From Octopus sinensis (taxonomy: Eukaryota), in the NCBI RefSeq assembly GCF_006345805.1, contig NC_043004.1, forward strand, positions 26,040,001-26,104,000: 64,000 nucleotides of DNA. Direction: 5' to 3'. This document shows positions 28,390 through 41,570 of the stretch, piece after piece. Numbering within the stretch: the first letter of the stretch is position 1; every line of letters begins with the position of its first letter. The position numbers and the translations under genes were made by a program. The notes beneath the pieces were generated by a model. That model was not told where the DNA came from. It saw nothing but the letters and a program-made list of their open reading frames with translations, and did not search any database.

Positions 28390-28664
28390 TATTATTATAT
28401 TATTATTATTATTATATTTCTTTTTAATATTATTAAAATTATTATTATCATTCATTGAATTAAAATTAGTCTTATTTTTATTTTTGTTTTTGTTTTTTCT
28501 TCTATTATTATTCTTATTATTTGTATTATCGTAATGTCTATTCCTAAGAGCATAATTATCTAAATAAATCTTATGATAATTTAAAATTTTATTATTATAA
28601 AAATCATTAAAATTATAATCCTTTATATTATAATTATTAACATTATTATTATCATTATCATTAC

Positions 28665-28690
<26 letters not shown>
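27820..28690. repeat. ~290-bp unit in three tandem copies inside the PLE
   Basis: TTCTTTTTAATATTATTAAAATT...GTCTATTCCTAAGAGC... recurs at about 27830, 28100 and 28415. Confidence 0.9.
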
Positions 28691-28718
<28 letters not shown>

Positions 28719-29062
28719 AAAATTTAATATTATTATCATATCCTGCCTCTCGTAGGGCTTCATTATAATAAGGTGCATGTTTATTGAAAATCTCTAAATC
28801 ATAAGAAAGTAATGATATTCGTTTACCAATATTATTTATCAACGTTTAGAAGCATATCTTTTGTTGATTAGGTATGCATATACATATACACATACACACA
28901 CACAAACACACATCTACATAACACCCCGCTAACTATTCTACTTGTATATAAATATAAACTGTGGGTAAGGAGGTATGATTATCTACTACGTATATTTCCT
29001 ATTTAGTACTGGAGATGTTTCATGCTTCTACTATCCAAGAACAAAGGATTGATACTAAATAT

Positions 29063-29215
29063 CTAATCAACAAAAGATGTGCTTCTAAACGTTGATAAAT
29101 AATATTGGTAAACGAATATCATTACTTTCTTATGATTTAGAAATTTTCAATAAACATGCACCTTATTATAATGAAGCCCTGCGAGATGCAGGATATGATG
29201 ATAATATTAATTTTT

Positions 29216-29268
<53 letters not shown>

Positions 29269-29402
29269 AATAATATTAATAATTATAATATAAAGGATTA
29301 TAATTTTAATGATTTTTATAATAATAAAATTAAAAATTATCATAAGATTTATTTAGATAATTATGCTCTTAGAAATAGATATTACGATAATACAAATAAA
29401 AA
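29063..29402 (+). mobile_element. Inverted copy of the Penelope-like segment 28518-28871
   Basis: ORF 29092-29406 nearly identical to the N-terminal part of ORF 28384-28842 on the opposite strand. Confidence 0.88.
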
Positions 29403-29697
29403 GTGAAGTGTGTGCGTATATGGTCATGTGTTTCAGTCTTCATTTGCGTATATGTGTGTATGTGTGCTTGTCATATTATCTGTGTACCTATCCGTCTGTA
29501 TGTCTAGCTGTTTACTTTCATATCCATTTGCCTACATACATGTGCATATACATATACATATACACATACACACACACAAACACACATCTACATAACAACC
29601 CGCTAACTATTCTACTTGTATATAAATATAAACTGTGGGTATGGAGGTATGATTATCTACTACGTATATTTCCTATTTAGTACTGGAGATGTTTCAT

Positions 29698-30620
29698 TTA
29701 TGAGGTCGTACTCCTGTATTTGCCTGAATCTTGGGTCCTTTGGGTGCTTGGATAAAATGGGAAGGCAAGTTCACCGAGGTTGCATCCAGGTCCTTGGCAT
29801 GTTGATAGAGTGTGGAAGACTGTTTTTTTATCATCATATTGTCTCAAATATTCATTTAGTATTTCCGCAATGCTCCTAGATGTCTCCCCTATGTATGTCA
29901 TGTTCACGTCTTTACAAGCACTTTCTATGCATGTGACCTGATGGGGTTCCCTGGCTTTTCAACAATCTTAATGTTGAGTTTAGTCTCCTTCAGAGCTTTC
30001 CTAAATTTATGGGCTAGTTCTCTATGGGCTGTGGCATCAACAAACATCACTCCTTGATATTTGTCGGTTTTATACCACGTGTTCACCGTTTGCGTTGTCA
30101 CAAGCTTTTTGTATTCTATTCCAGGCTTTACTTTTATATCTAGGGCAGGTGCCACTGATTTCATTACATATAATGTTATCTAACTTCTTTCTAGCACACC
30201 TATATTTCTGATCACATCCAGAGAACTGCATGCGGTGCTTGAAGTTCTGTACATGTTTCTTCGTTTCATAGGGTTTGCATAGTGGGGACACGTTGTTAAT
30301 TATCCTAAGTCTGCTATCAGTATGTTAATTTTCATGTTGTGTCACAAGGCTGAGTATGGGTTTCATGTAATAGGAGTGGAGGAACTGCACTCTGTTGTTC
30401 ACAGTCTCTAACCAAAGTTCAGTATCAAGGACAGGGTGCCTAGTGGGGTAATCTAAAGTTACCTTGATACTTTGGTGGATGGAGTTAGCTACTTGCTGGA
30501 TACTCTCCATTATGTTCCTCTCAGTTTCTACATTACTGTTACTAGAGTTGGTCTTAACTAAAATATTTATGTCATCTACACTCCTATTATAAAGTAGAAG
30601 AATAGTGGTCTGTTCTGCTA
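29698..30620 (-). mobile_element. Second, distinct Penelope-like relic (RT C-terminus, linker, GIY-YIG)
   Basis: IKVTLDYP..VLDTELW, HRMQFSG, VMFVDAT..NIKIVEKPG, TYIGETSRSIAE. Confidence 0.8.
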
Positions 30621-30980
30621 AGGATTGCTTAAGTTTTCTGTCCCATCAGATCATGAAGAGGCTGGCCACATCTCCAGCTATACCGACATCAATGGCTGCA
30701 CCTTGAACTTGCATGTAGAGTTTCTTGTTAAACTTTACTATGTGGTTCTTACATTTTTTATATTTACAAAACTAATTTCTGCAACTGAAAAGTATAAAAA
30801 AAGGAAGGAGAACAATTCCTCTTGATTTTTCCTTCCCTTATAGGATATGGGGAACTTCACTTGAAACTCCACCCCTTCTTTCTCTACCCATAAATTCTCT
30901 TTAAATAAATGTGAATAAAGGCTTTCTTGTGCTATCAGTCAGTCAAACAAACCCAATATGATTAAGCAAACTATTATTAC

Positions 30981-31116
30981 CCGACATCAGGTTTAATATC
31001 CAAATAATCTGGTTGGTGTGTTCTTGGAGTGAAATAAATACAGCGAGAACCACGGACAACAGTTTTTGATGTAATTTCATTCATGGCCTTTAGAATCAGG
31101 GACCTTTGCGCTGTAT
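30981..31116 (-). CDS. Astacin-MAM, exon 8
   Basis: Acceptor TTCCTTTAG|, donor |GTAATA; (N)TAQRSLILKAMNEITSKTVVRGSRCIYFTPRTHQPDYLDIKPDV(G); phases fit both neighbours. Confidence 0.92.
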
Positions 31117-31729
31117 CTAAAGGAAAAATAAGAAAGAAGTATTTAAAGTTATCAAATCATTAGTTCAATAATTACATAATTAAAACTTATCTATTTTTGA
31201 TAGAGTATACTTTATTATTTTTAAATCACATATGTATCAGCAGTATACCATTCAATTGCTATAATATACAACATATTTATAATTTTTTTAGTCAACACAT
31301 GTTACAATGATTGTCACTAATACATTCATAAAATATGTTTGTGGATAGAAAAAGAGGAGCAGCAGTACATGAACTCTGATTCGTGTTGGAGTCGGCAACT
31401 GTTTACTTTTCTCAACTATCCACAAATACACTGCTTATAAACCAACTGATATTAGTGGCTCAAGTTAACTGGTTAAATAAATTTCTACATTAACTGAGCC
31501 AATCAATTTTCTAGGTTGCTAGTTAGAAAAGTTAATTACTGGTGTGTTAACAGTGTTTCATTTCATTAATATAATGTATACTCTAAAACATATTTATAGG
31601 TTTGATAACCTACATTGTGTGTTACAATGAATATAATGCCTATGTAATGTTTACATTCATTGTAGCACAATGATTTTGGCTAATTAATCTATAGATATAT
31701 TTCCTTAGTACATTACAACAATTAAGGTT

Positions 31730-31930
31730 GGCACTTCTTATCTGTCTAGTGGCCTTGGCAAAAGAGGTTGTGTGGGAACAAAAGTGAAAGGACTTAAGAC
31801 AGACACCTTCCTCTTTGGTCAAGCCTTCACCAATTTTTACAGGTTTCATTTAAAAAGAAAATTAATGGAAGAGAAGGAAGTGTCACTTTCTAGAAAATTT
31901 GCTGAAAGATGGATGACAGCAGTGAACATG
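31730..31930 (+). mobile_element. L1/Tx1-like LINE ORF2 C-terminal relic
   Basis: LICLVALAKEVVW..KGLK..F..FHLKRKLMEEKEVSLSRKFAERW; homologous to 55920-56070. Confidence 0.5.
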
Positions 31931-32848
31931 GTCTGAGTAAACAGGCCTTCTCTGAGCATGCACATTTAGAATTGGAGGAGGACAACTTAAAGAGGATCCC
32001 TGCCTCAGTAATTACAGTAACTCTACATTTTTGGGAGTTTCAAGGATAGACCTTGGCAGTCTCCCCAACATTTAAAAATATGTCTATGTTTGAAGTTTTG
32101 TTTATTTCCCTTTTTACAAGCTTTTTCGTACATCATGTACTGTCTTCGATGTTTTTGTTAGTCATTGTAGTAAATGAAACTTTTAACTCGAGTTTTATTG
32201 GGACTTCTGGAATCTAGCATGAGTAACAGGCTTGCTAACTACTGCCTGTGATAGCTGGCTATTTGTTGCCTTCAGCTATCTAATATTTTCTTGATGATTC
32301 TAGTTGTGCTATGGAGGCAAACTTTTGTACTGGACACTCTATTTCCATTTTGTCTGTCTTTATGTTCTGAGTTCAAATTCCACCAGAGCTGACTTTGCCT
32401 TTCATCTTTTGTGGATCGATGAAACAAGTATCAATTTGGCACTGGTGTTGATGAAAAGTGACTAGCACCCTTCACCTCAAATTTCAGGCCTTATGCTTAC
32501 AGCAGAAATAATTATTATTGTTATTATGATTGACTGCCCCCTTCCCTCAAAATTACTGGCCTTGTGTCAAGGCAGAATCATTACCAAGCCAGACAAAATG
32601 CTTAGCAGAGTTTCTTCTGGTTTTAAGATCTGAGTTCAACTGCTGCCAAGGTTGACTTTGCCTTTCATACTTTCAGGGTTGGTAAAATAGTACCAGTCAA
32701 ATATTGGGGGTCAATGTAATTGATTTCCCCTCAAATATTGCTGCCAAATTAGAAAACATCCTCATCATCATCATCATTAGTATTATCATTTTCATTATCA
32801 TCTTTTAATTTCGTTTCTATTTCTTTCCCAGTGTTTTCCTGGCATCTA

Positions 32849-32972
32849 GGCCAGAGAAACGCACTATGTACATAGGTAGGCCAGAGAAACGCACTATGTA
32901 TATAGGTAGGCCAGAGAAACGCACTATATACATAGGTAGGTCAGAGAAACGCACTATATACTTAGGTAGGCC
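32849..32972 (+). repeat. 30-bp minisatellite x4 (GGCCAGAGAAACGCACTATGTACATAGGTA)
   Basis: Directly visible. Confidence 0.92.
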
Positions 32973-33099
32973 ATTAAATAAACATACCAGATTTTTCATT
33001 TACAAAGTCATGTGATAGGGAAAAAGGGTAAGAAAGACAGAGAGAAAAAGGAAAAATAAAAATAAAAAGTAAACAAAGAAAATAAAAGGAGAAAAGGAA

Positions 33100-34620
33100 A
33101 GAAAATTCACAGCAACAATGCTCTTCTCAGTACGTGTGATGTACCAGTTAAGACAATCTTTTGCACTTCCTGCATGGATGGTAAGCCAGGGATAAATCTT
33201 AAATAATTTTCAGTCCCTTTTTCGATCATTTCCAGTGCTCCTACAATCACTGGCATTGTAACTGTCTTGAGATGCCACATCTTTTCGATGTCGCTTAGCA
33301 AATATTTATATTTACTGAACCAGTCAAATTCTTTTGTCAAAATATTATGGTCACAGGGTGTGTTCATATCAATCGATAAACAGACTTTATTGCTTTGGTC
33401 TTTCACAATGCTATCTGGTTTATTTGCTTTGATGGTCCGGTCTGGAAAGTTCCAAAGAATTGTTACATTTTCTCCCTCAGATATAGCTTCAGGGTGGTTC
33501 TTGTACCATTTATTAGCAGTTTTGATTTTATAATGCTGACACTTTATCCAATGTAGATATTGGCCAACTCGGCCATGTCTTGATTTGTATTCTACAGGTG
33601 CATCAGCTTGTTTTCTACGGGCCACATATTTGTAATGTAGAGGTTTTTGTTCTCATCTGTCAGCCAATTGTTCAAACGCATTTTTTTGCTATTGATTTCA
33701 CCTTCTTTGCAATTACACTTGCCGCACTTCCACCATGCTGTCCAACCAGGGTATTAGGCAAAAACTCACTCACTAGTAAATTTTTGCTTTCCTTCATGAC
33801 AGAATGAAGATTCTTACGTCTTTCATTGTTTTCAACGAGCTTTAGCATCTAGTCGTTAGATGTTTCAAGATATTTTGCCAGTCCAATTGTGGTGGTTTTG
33901 TAAAAGACTTCAAAGTGGATCAAGCTTCGATCTCCTTGAGCTATGGGTAGATAAAGACGATCTGCGCCTGCCTTTGGATGATGTATCTTATTGCAAGTCA
34001 GCAGATTACGATTTTTCCTGTCAATCTTCCTTATTTCGCTCATATTCCAGTTCAACACATTGAAACTATAAATAACAATCGGAACTGCTAAGGAATTTAT
34101 AGCTAACACCTTGTTACGTGCATTTAACTCGGATTTTAGGACTGCTCGAACTCTCCTGTAACATTCCTTCCCGATCTTCTCTTTCATGCTTGCATGCTGA
34201 ATGCCAGCGCCCTCGTTCATTCCGAGGTATTTGTAAGTTTGTTCCTGCTCGAGTTCTTTTATGACTGTATAAAACATCCAACACCACTGTTCTTGACACA
34301 TTTATCAAGACCAAATTCAATTCCGATGTCATCACTAAATACTTTCATAGTTCGTAGTAGCTCTTGAAGCTCATTGTCTTTGCCATAGAGTTTTAAGTCA
34401 TCTCTATAAAATAGATGACTTATTTTCTTGTCGCCAATTTTATACCCATACCCTGTTTTGTTAAGTTCAATTGTAAGGGCTATTAGGGCTATGCAAAAAG
34501 GTGAAAGTGAGTTACCTTGGAAAATGCCGCAGTTGATATTAATATTTTTTGTGGTCAGTACTCCATTAAAGTTGTATAATTGGAGATTCGTATTCCACAC
34601 TGATATGTCATAACGATAAA
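33100..34620 (-). mobile_element. R4/Dong-like non-LTR retrotransposon relic (RT + restriction-like endonuclease)
   Basis: GIFQGNSLSP, HLFYRDDLKLY, FGLDKC, YKYLG, RHGRVGQYLHW, KPDSIV, IDMNTPCD in frameshifted ORFs. Confidence 0.85.
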
Positions 34621-35427
34621 CGTCGCCCTTTTGTAGCCTAGGCAGGCTCATGGGCCCGTTTTCCCGGTTTCTGTGGCATATGTGTCCCCCCTCCCAGCTG
34701 GATGGGACGACAGTCCATCGCAGCGTTACTCAAGAAACAGGAAGAGAGAGTGAGAGAAAGTTGTGGCGAAAGAGTACAACAGGTGTCGCCTTGAGGTGAG
34801 TTATCCAAGCCCCAAAGAATTCCTTTCAACACATGGCTGTGATGCTCCCCAAATACTTCTGCTCGTGATCAGAGATGCACATATCGTTAGCCACTAAGGC
34901 ACATGCTCAACTGGTTAAGGTCAAACAACTGACAAGAAAATCTGTGGTATTGAGCAGAATATTTGCTGTAGTCCATCTTTTGTACCAAGGCAAAACAATG
35001 TGTCCTCTGTGTGAAAAGTCTAGCTGCATACACGTTAGCATATGTCAGGTGCATACAATTGACAACATAGTTAATTAAGATTTATTCAGTGAATTCTATT
35101 CAACACATGTTTACACGTGGAATTAGCAGAATCATTAACTTTAGATGGCTCGCAGGCGAGGTGAACAAATTAGTGAGAGAGATAGATTGGCAATACTTGC
35201 AGTCTTGGGAAGAGCTATCTGAGCGGAAAATTCGTGGATGTAATCAACATCAAACTCGTGTTCGGCGTCATGTAGTTGACTGTCGTGGTGGTAACAGATT
35301 CGTGTAATAAATTTTGTGTTTATTTTTGTTTCATAATATATATTTTTTCGGATGCAGCCAGACTTTTCACACAGATAACACTTCCAATCAGTTAAGAGTC
35401 ATGAAAGCCACTGCCTGGTACCTCACC

Positions 35428-35612
<185 letters not shown>

Positions 35613-35614
35613 CT

Positions 35615-36335
35615 TCGTAACACAGTGTAGGTAAAAATGCACCGGAGTCTTTAGTCATCTGTCAAGTCACAAGGACCTCAGATAGCTAATATTTTCCTTA
35701 AGATGTGCGCTGTGCCGATTAAGGCTGCTTTTTGCAAGACATCAATCTTGCATGGGATTTCCAGTTGCCTTAAGAAGTTTTGAAGTTTCAATGGAAGTGA
35801 GCCCAACGCTCCGATCACCACTGGTATCACTTTTACATTTCCCTGTCACATTCCATACAGTCTTGCCATTTCCACTTTCAGTTGGGAGTACTTGGTGATT
35901 TTTCTCAACCTCTTTACTCACAACATTCATGTCATTTGGTATGGTTACATCAGTGATCTGACAGTATTTGTCTCTCATATTCACTATGACAATATTCGCC
36001 GCCCGACGGTGTTCGATTACACAATCCGTCTGAAAATCATAGTCCCCAGAATATCGTTACTTTTCCATCAACCTACATAACTTTACTTGGTACATGCTCA
36101 TACCAGTTCTCTGTTACTTCATATTGGTATTTACGGCATAAGAGCCAATGAAGATACGCACACATTTTATCGTGGTGGCGCTTGTATTCTTTTTTGTGCA
36201 AGGCTCTCACATCCACTTACCAAGTGGGTCACATTTTCCACACTCTTTCCACAGAGTCTGCATTTCCGGGTGTCAGAAGTTTTATAGTTGTTATACTTCA
36301 CTGAATTGGTAGCGACAGCCTGGCCTGGTCTTGTG
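35615..36335 (-). mobile_element. R4/Dong-like LINE 3' fragment (zinc knuckle + REL endonuclease)
   Basis: THLVSGCESLAQKEY, DYDFQTD, DVTIPNDMNVVSKEVEK remnants. Confidence 0.8.
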
Positions 36336-36459
36336 CAGCAATGATCAGGCTTTCAGTGGTACGCTTCAAATCACCTCGCTCAAGCCATGCCCACGATGCT
36401 GTGTTATCCTTAACGTCTTGTGTATTCCTTTCAAACTGTCCATGCATTCTCATTTCAAG

Positions 36460-36572
36460 GTCGTCGTCGTCGTCGTCGTCGTCTTCTTCTTCTTCTTCTT
36501 CTTCTTCTTCTCTTCTTCTTCTTCTTCTTCTTCTTCTTCTTCTTCTTCTTCTTCTTCTTCTTCTTCTTCTTC
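36460..36572. repeat. (TCG)n(TCT)n microsatellite
   Basis: Directly visible. Confidence 0.95.
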
Positions 36573-36801
36573 TATGCCCAGTCCTTGCCTAAATATGTCA
36601 ATGTTAGGAAATATTAGTTTCTACTTTGGCCCCACAAGGAATGGAAATTGAAGATTGTTGCAGCAGGGGACGGATTTCTATGTTTTTAAAGAATGTAGAA
36701 CATAGAGGAGATGAAGAGGGGAAGGTGGAGGAAGAGATAACGTGGCTGATAATGGTAGCGGTGATGATGATGATGATGATGATGTAGAAGATAAAACTTA
36801 C

Positions 36802-36877
36802 TGTAGGATTTGTGTAGAGTGTAAGGTATGATACCAATGGGCCACCGCTGGAACTTGTCACTGAGTACACCACGTTT
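36802..36877 (-). CDS. Astacin-MAM, exon 7 (maturation site, start of catalytic domain)
   Basis: Acceptor TTCTCCAG|, donor |GTAAGT; KRGVLSDKFQRWPIGIIPYTLHKSY, the WPxGxIPY astacin motif; RKKR across the exon 6/7 junction. Confidence 0.92.
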
Positions 36878-37689
36878 CTGGAGAATTGGAATGATGAAAG
36901 AACGATGAGAAATAACAACAACAACAACATCATAAGTGTTTTATTTATCACTATTGGGTTTCCCGTGAGGAAACCATCTTTTTTGAGGGGTACATTGCGA
37001 TGCACAATGGCAGTTTCTTTGGCATACTTAGAGAAGGCTTTAGGGTTTGATTTTATATTTTTCGATCTGGATGACCAAGTTCTCTCAACATTAAGCTTCT
37101 AAAAGCTGTAGCTGACGAAAATCCACAGCAAGCTTTACAAGCAGAATTATGCTTATCATTTCGCTGTCTTGCTTTAATTACCCAGATATTGGGTCACATG
37201 CGTGTTTTCTACAAGTGGTCGCATGACCTGGTCACGCGATGGTGTATAGATCGAGTCTTCTTGGCTTTACGCGAGCTATCCAATCATGTCACGTGACAGG
37301 CCAGCCTAGCGCGGGAAAATTATATTTCTTCGCTGGAGCTTCTAATCAGCTTTGAAAAGAGGAATCCTTCCCGCTATTCTTCAGTGAGGCTGGAAGCACG
37401 ATTGAGTTCGGATCTTGGCAGAGAGGAGAGTTATTTTGCAGATAGCCTTGACGCGCTGATGTGGTCCGTTTGGTCAAGCACACATCACCAAGTTCCAACT
37501 GTATGAGAAACCAATATGTATATTTTTTTCTGACAGTATCATTCAAGTTGTATCAACATTAGATGTACCTTTCATTAGGCATTTAAATGAATGGTGGCAG
37601 TCAGTTGCAATTCTTGTTCCTGTATTTCTTTCTGATGGTATACCTGACTCATTTAGAACCAAGAAATTGTAATTTTACCAAGGCCAGAG

Positions 37690-38462
37690 CTATGCTACTT
37701 ATCCTTCTAAACGAGTATTAGCAAATCAGTTCACTTCAAGTCACATTTCGATCATAAAACACCTCCGTGAAACTTGAAGTGTCTAAACTTGCTTTTCAGT
37801 TTAATCAAAGAGTCGCTCGCTACATGTCATTGAGTTGTAGGCTTGCTACCAGACTTTTACTGGGTATAATCATTACAGATGATGAAATATGGGTTCACTA
37901 TAATCATATCCAGTGAAAACGGCAATGGTTAGCGTCAAATGAAAAAGGAGAATCCATTCCCGAACCAGGACTACGACTGAAAATGTCATGTTCTATGTTG
38001 GTGGGATATGAAGGGTGTCGTCTACCATGAAGTGTTAAACCAAACTAAAATAGTTAATGTAGAGAAGAACTGCTCAAAAATTTGCATTAAAAGGGCACAT
38101 CATTGATCAATCATTCAGAATTTAAGATCATATATTGCTCAAGTTACTCAGTAAAAAATTATGAGACTGAATATGGAGGTTTAACCTCATCTTCATTACT
38201 CCATCTGATAATAATCTTTTTTTTTATCATTGCAAAATTATATAGAGGGAAAGCAACTTAAAAATGAGATACTGAGTGTTCCTTTGCTTCGAAGCCTGAA
38301 GAATTTTACGCCTGAGCGATCAGCAATTTACCAAACATATGTATTTATGATATCAATAACGAGGGGAATTATTATCTTTATTAAGTATATCAATTAAGAC
38401 TAGAGAAGCACTTGTTTTTTTTTTCACATCTTGAAACACGACAGGACTTTCTTTCCAACTTA
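37690..38462 (+). mobile_element. Degraded mariner transposase (DD34D region)
   Basis: IITDDEIWVHYNH, WWDMKGVVYHEVL and PHxxYSxxL remnants; right TIR-like end GGACTTTCTTTCCAACTTA. Confidence 0.7.
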
Positions 38463-38543
38463 AATGCTAAAATTATTATGTAACAAAATAACGAGTAGGA
38501 AAGAGGAAAATTACTTCGATTCAATCGGAAAGTATTTGCTTAC

Positions 38544-38587
38544 CTTCCTCAGAGGAGGATTGACAGACATGTCTCCCTCAAATCTAT
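38544..38587 (-). CDS. Astacin-MAM, exon 6 (FEGD pro-peptide motif)
   Basis: Acceptor TATTTCAG|, donor AAG|GTAAGC; (N)RFEGDMSVNPPLRK, the astacin aspartate-switch motif (usually FEGDI). Confidence 0.9.
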
Positions 38588-39054
38588 CTGAAATAAATAG
38601 ACGGAAGTCATATTTGTTAAATGAGACAACTATTTTATACAGATTTATGCAACATTTATGTAGGCGCCGTAGAGAAAAAGCTAAAATGTTGAACAGACAA
38701 GTCCTGTAGTTTCTACTGTTACAAGAACTCATCACTTGTACTATTCATGTCTTTTACCTCTGACTACCCATTCCAAGTGTTGACAGCTTTAGTACCTATT
38801 CTATAACGAAGGTAATTAAATTGATTATACCTCCTCAGAAATAAAGTTTCTGTTTAATAGGAGAGAAATAACAACACATAGGCAGGTAAGTTAGCAGAAG
38901 TAACAGGCTACCGTAATGAAGACACTGAGAGAGCACTGTAGCGCGATTTCCACTGAATTTTTAACCATCTCATTCATATTTAGTAATTTAGGGTCAAGGC
39001 TTATCTATATTGCCATAAACGGCGTGAACGGCTATGAGAAATTAACTATTCTCT

Positions 39055-39455
39055 CTCTTTCTCTTTTACTTGTTCCAGTCATTTGACTGCGGCCATGCTG
39101 GAGCAACGCCTTTAGTCGAGCAACTCGACCCCGGGACTTATTCTTTGTAAGCCCAGTACTTATTTTATCGGTCTCTTTTTTGCCGAACCGCTAAGTGACG
39201 GGGACGTAAACACACCAGCATCGGTTGTCAAGCGATGCTAAGGGGACAAACACAGACACACAAACACACATATATATATATATACATATATACGACAGGC
39301 TTCTTTCAGTTTCCGTCTACCAAATCCACTCACAAGGCATTGGTCGGCCCGGGGCTATAGCAGAAGACACTTGCCCAAGATGCCACGCAGTGGGACTGAA
39401 CCCGAAACCATGTGGTTGGTTAGCAAGCTACTTACCACACAGCCATTCCTGCGCC
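39055..39455 (-). mobile_element. SINE, same family
   Basis: Near-consensus copy. Confidence 0.9.
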
Positions 39456-39770
39456 TATGTCACTATAAAAAACATTAACGCTTACATGAACATAATCCGA
39501 CCAGTCAGCTCAGCTAGCGTGCAAGCAAATGAGGGGTAGACTTGAAAGTAAGTTTTGTGAATTTTTGTCACAAATATTTTGTCGAATGTTCTAGAAGTTT
39601 TTACTGTTACAAAAGCTGGGACATTGAACTCCCAAAGAGAACAATCTTAGGTACTGCACCCTGTTTACCAGTTTTGTGATAAGGTGTTCTCACTTTTACT
39701 ACTTATTCGGTCTTCAATAATCATGAGCAATTTTCATACAAATAACTAAAATATTTTATGCAATCATGAA

Positions 39771-40106
39771 GGCGCATGGCTCAGTGGTTAGAGCGTCGAG
39801 CTTACGATCGTGAGGTTGTGAGCTCGAATCCCGGACCGGGCTGCGTGTTGTGTTCTTGAGCAAGGCACTTTATTTCACGTTGCTCCAGTTCACTCAGCTG
39901 TAGAAATGAGTTGCGACGTCACAGGTGCCAAGCTGTATCGGCCCCTTTGCCTTTCCCTTGGACAACATCGGTGACGTGGAGAGGGGAGGCCGGTATGCAT
40001 GGGCGACTGCTGGTCTTTCGCAAACAACCTTGCCCGGACTTGTGTCTAGGAGGGTAACTTTCTAGGTGCAATCCCATGGTCATTCATGACCGAAGGGGTC
40101 TTTACC
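39771..40106 (+). mobile_element. tRNA-derived SINE (tRNA-Arg-like head)
   Basis: A box TGGCTCAGTGG, B-box-like GCTCGAATCC, ACG at the anticodon position, then non-tRNA body and CTTTACC tail. Confidence 0.85.
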
Positions 40107-40147
40107 ATATTAGCTATCACATTCCCTATCTTACCTGTGCTGTTATA

Positions 40148-40288
40148 TTAGGTTGTCCCAAAAGTTCGTAAACACTTGCGAAAATTGAATTTTTACTCGC
40201 CAAGTACTAACAAAAACAACAAAAATTATTCCTCAAAATAAAGACCATTATTTTCCAAGACTTTCTACGAACTTTTGGGACAACCTTA
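40148..40288. mobile_element. Tc1/mariner-type MITE (~140 bp)
   Basis: 21-bp perfect TIR AGGTTGTCCCAAAAGTTCGTA, TA-rich flanks. Confidence 0.8.
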
Positions 40289-40763
40289 TATTATAAAAAT
40301 TGTTGTACATATGTAAATGCAAATGTTCCGGGTAATAAAAAAATATTGAAGCTTATTAACGCGGTCTTTCTTGCCTGCACATGCAACCTACCTAATACTG
40401 TGTACTATCAACGACCCAATGAAGGCGCTGTGATTTTGTTTCTCTAAATCACAAACCCTGTCGTAGATAAAATCGGTTGTTCTACCTTTATTACTGCCAT
40501 TGGAACAAATGACAGCACTATATCAGGTAAAAATTAATCAATAGTTTTAGAGTATGTCATATAGCTTCCCAACAAACAAGGGAAACGTTATGAGTTCAAT
40601 TTCCAATTATTTCTACCATTAATTTACTAATTCCATTTCTTCTAAAATATACTCGTGTGCGCGATCTGGTTTTAATTCCCAGTTTAGGCCCAGTTTAGCT
40701 AAACAAAGTATTAGACACGAATATTAATGATCAAAGCTAGATTTTTTAAAGAAAATTACTTAC

Positions 40764-40817
40764 TGCCTCGTTCCTCAGGACTAATTTCACCAGCTTGTTG
40801 CGGTCTTCTTCTGTGAC
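40764..40817 (-). CDS. Astacin-MAM, exon 5 (54 nt, phase 1-1)
   Basis: Acceptor ATTATTCAG|, donor |GTAAGT; (G)HRRRPQQAGEISPEERG; SPEERG matches the xPEE segment preceding FEGD in astacin pro-peptides. Confidence 0.8.
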
Positions 40818-41317
40818 CTGAATAATTGAGAGCTTGATACCATCAACTTATTGTAACTTAGAATTATTTTCGAAATATCTATAATTATGCGTGCGTTTGT
40901 GTGTGTGTGCGTGTGTGTGTGCGTGCGTGTGTGCATGTGTGTGTATGTGTGTGTGTGTGTTCTTGTGTGAGGACGGATGAATCTAGTGTAGGTTCAACAA
41001 GTATCTAACAATAGCACAAGCCTTCAGAAATTTAGGGTTGGTATCTGATGTACTGGAAGACTACTGGAAGTAAGGGCCCCTCAAATTTTGTTAAAGCGTT
41101 CTCTAGGAGAAGGTAACTTGGATATGAAACCAAATATACAGGCAATGATATTGAACATTTTGGGAACCTTTTGCTTGCGCTGGAGATACCGGCGTTCCCA
41201 CATTGCTGGGCACTGGATATCTGGCCCTGGCTTGTTTTTGTGAGGTACTGTGCAAGCTTTATCGGACATAACTTTAGGTTGTGTAATCACCGTCGAGGCG
41301 ACTTTCCGACGCCCTAT

Positions 41318-41570
<253 letters not shown>

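Larger units (their letters stand above)
24389..28871 (-). mobile_element. Extremely AT-rich Penelope-like element complex with internal tandem duplications
   Basis: MINNIGKRISLLSYDLEIFNKHAPYYNEALREAGY (RT thumb), linker 27450-27698 (IWLIV..SNNFGVGYSTTNNVGNII), CTCRDKNKC..HDVVYKCIV (GIY-YIG start), hammerhead near the 3' end. Confidence 0.82.

Noticed and set aside
35089-35307. 72-aa ORF, possibly a Tc1 transposase C-terminus
   Set aside because: Only faint similarity and no TIR pair identified
36604-37005. 133-aa ORF resembling a signal-anchored protein
   Set aside because: It is the wrong frame across astacin exon 7; the hydrophobic run comes from a (TTG)n tract
39771-39845. tRNA-Arg gene (also 8230-8303)
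   Set aside because: No proper acceptor stem; continues into a SINE body
41040-41315. GC-richer stretch with overlapping ORFs
   Set aside because: No recognisable motif or splice signals; ORF length inflated by the adjacent microsatellite
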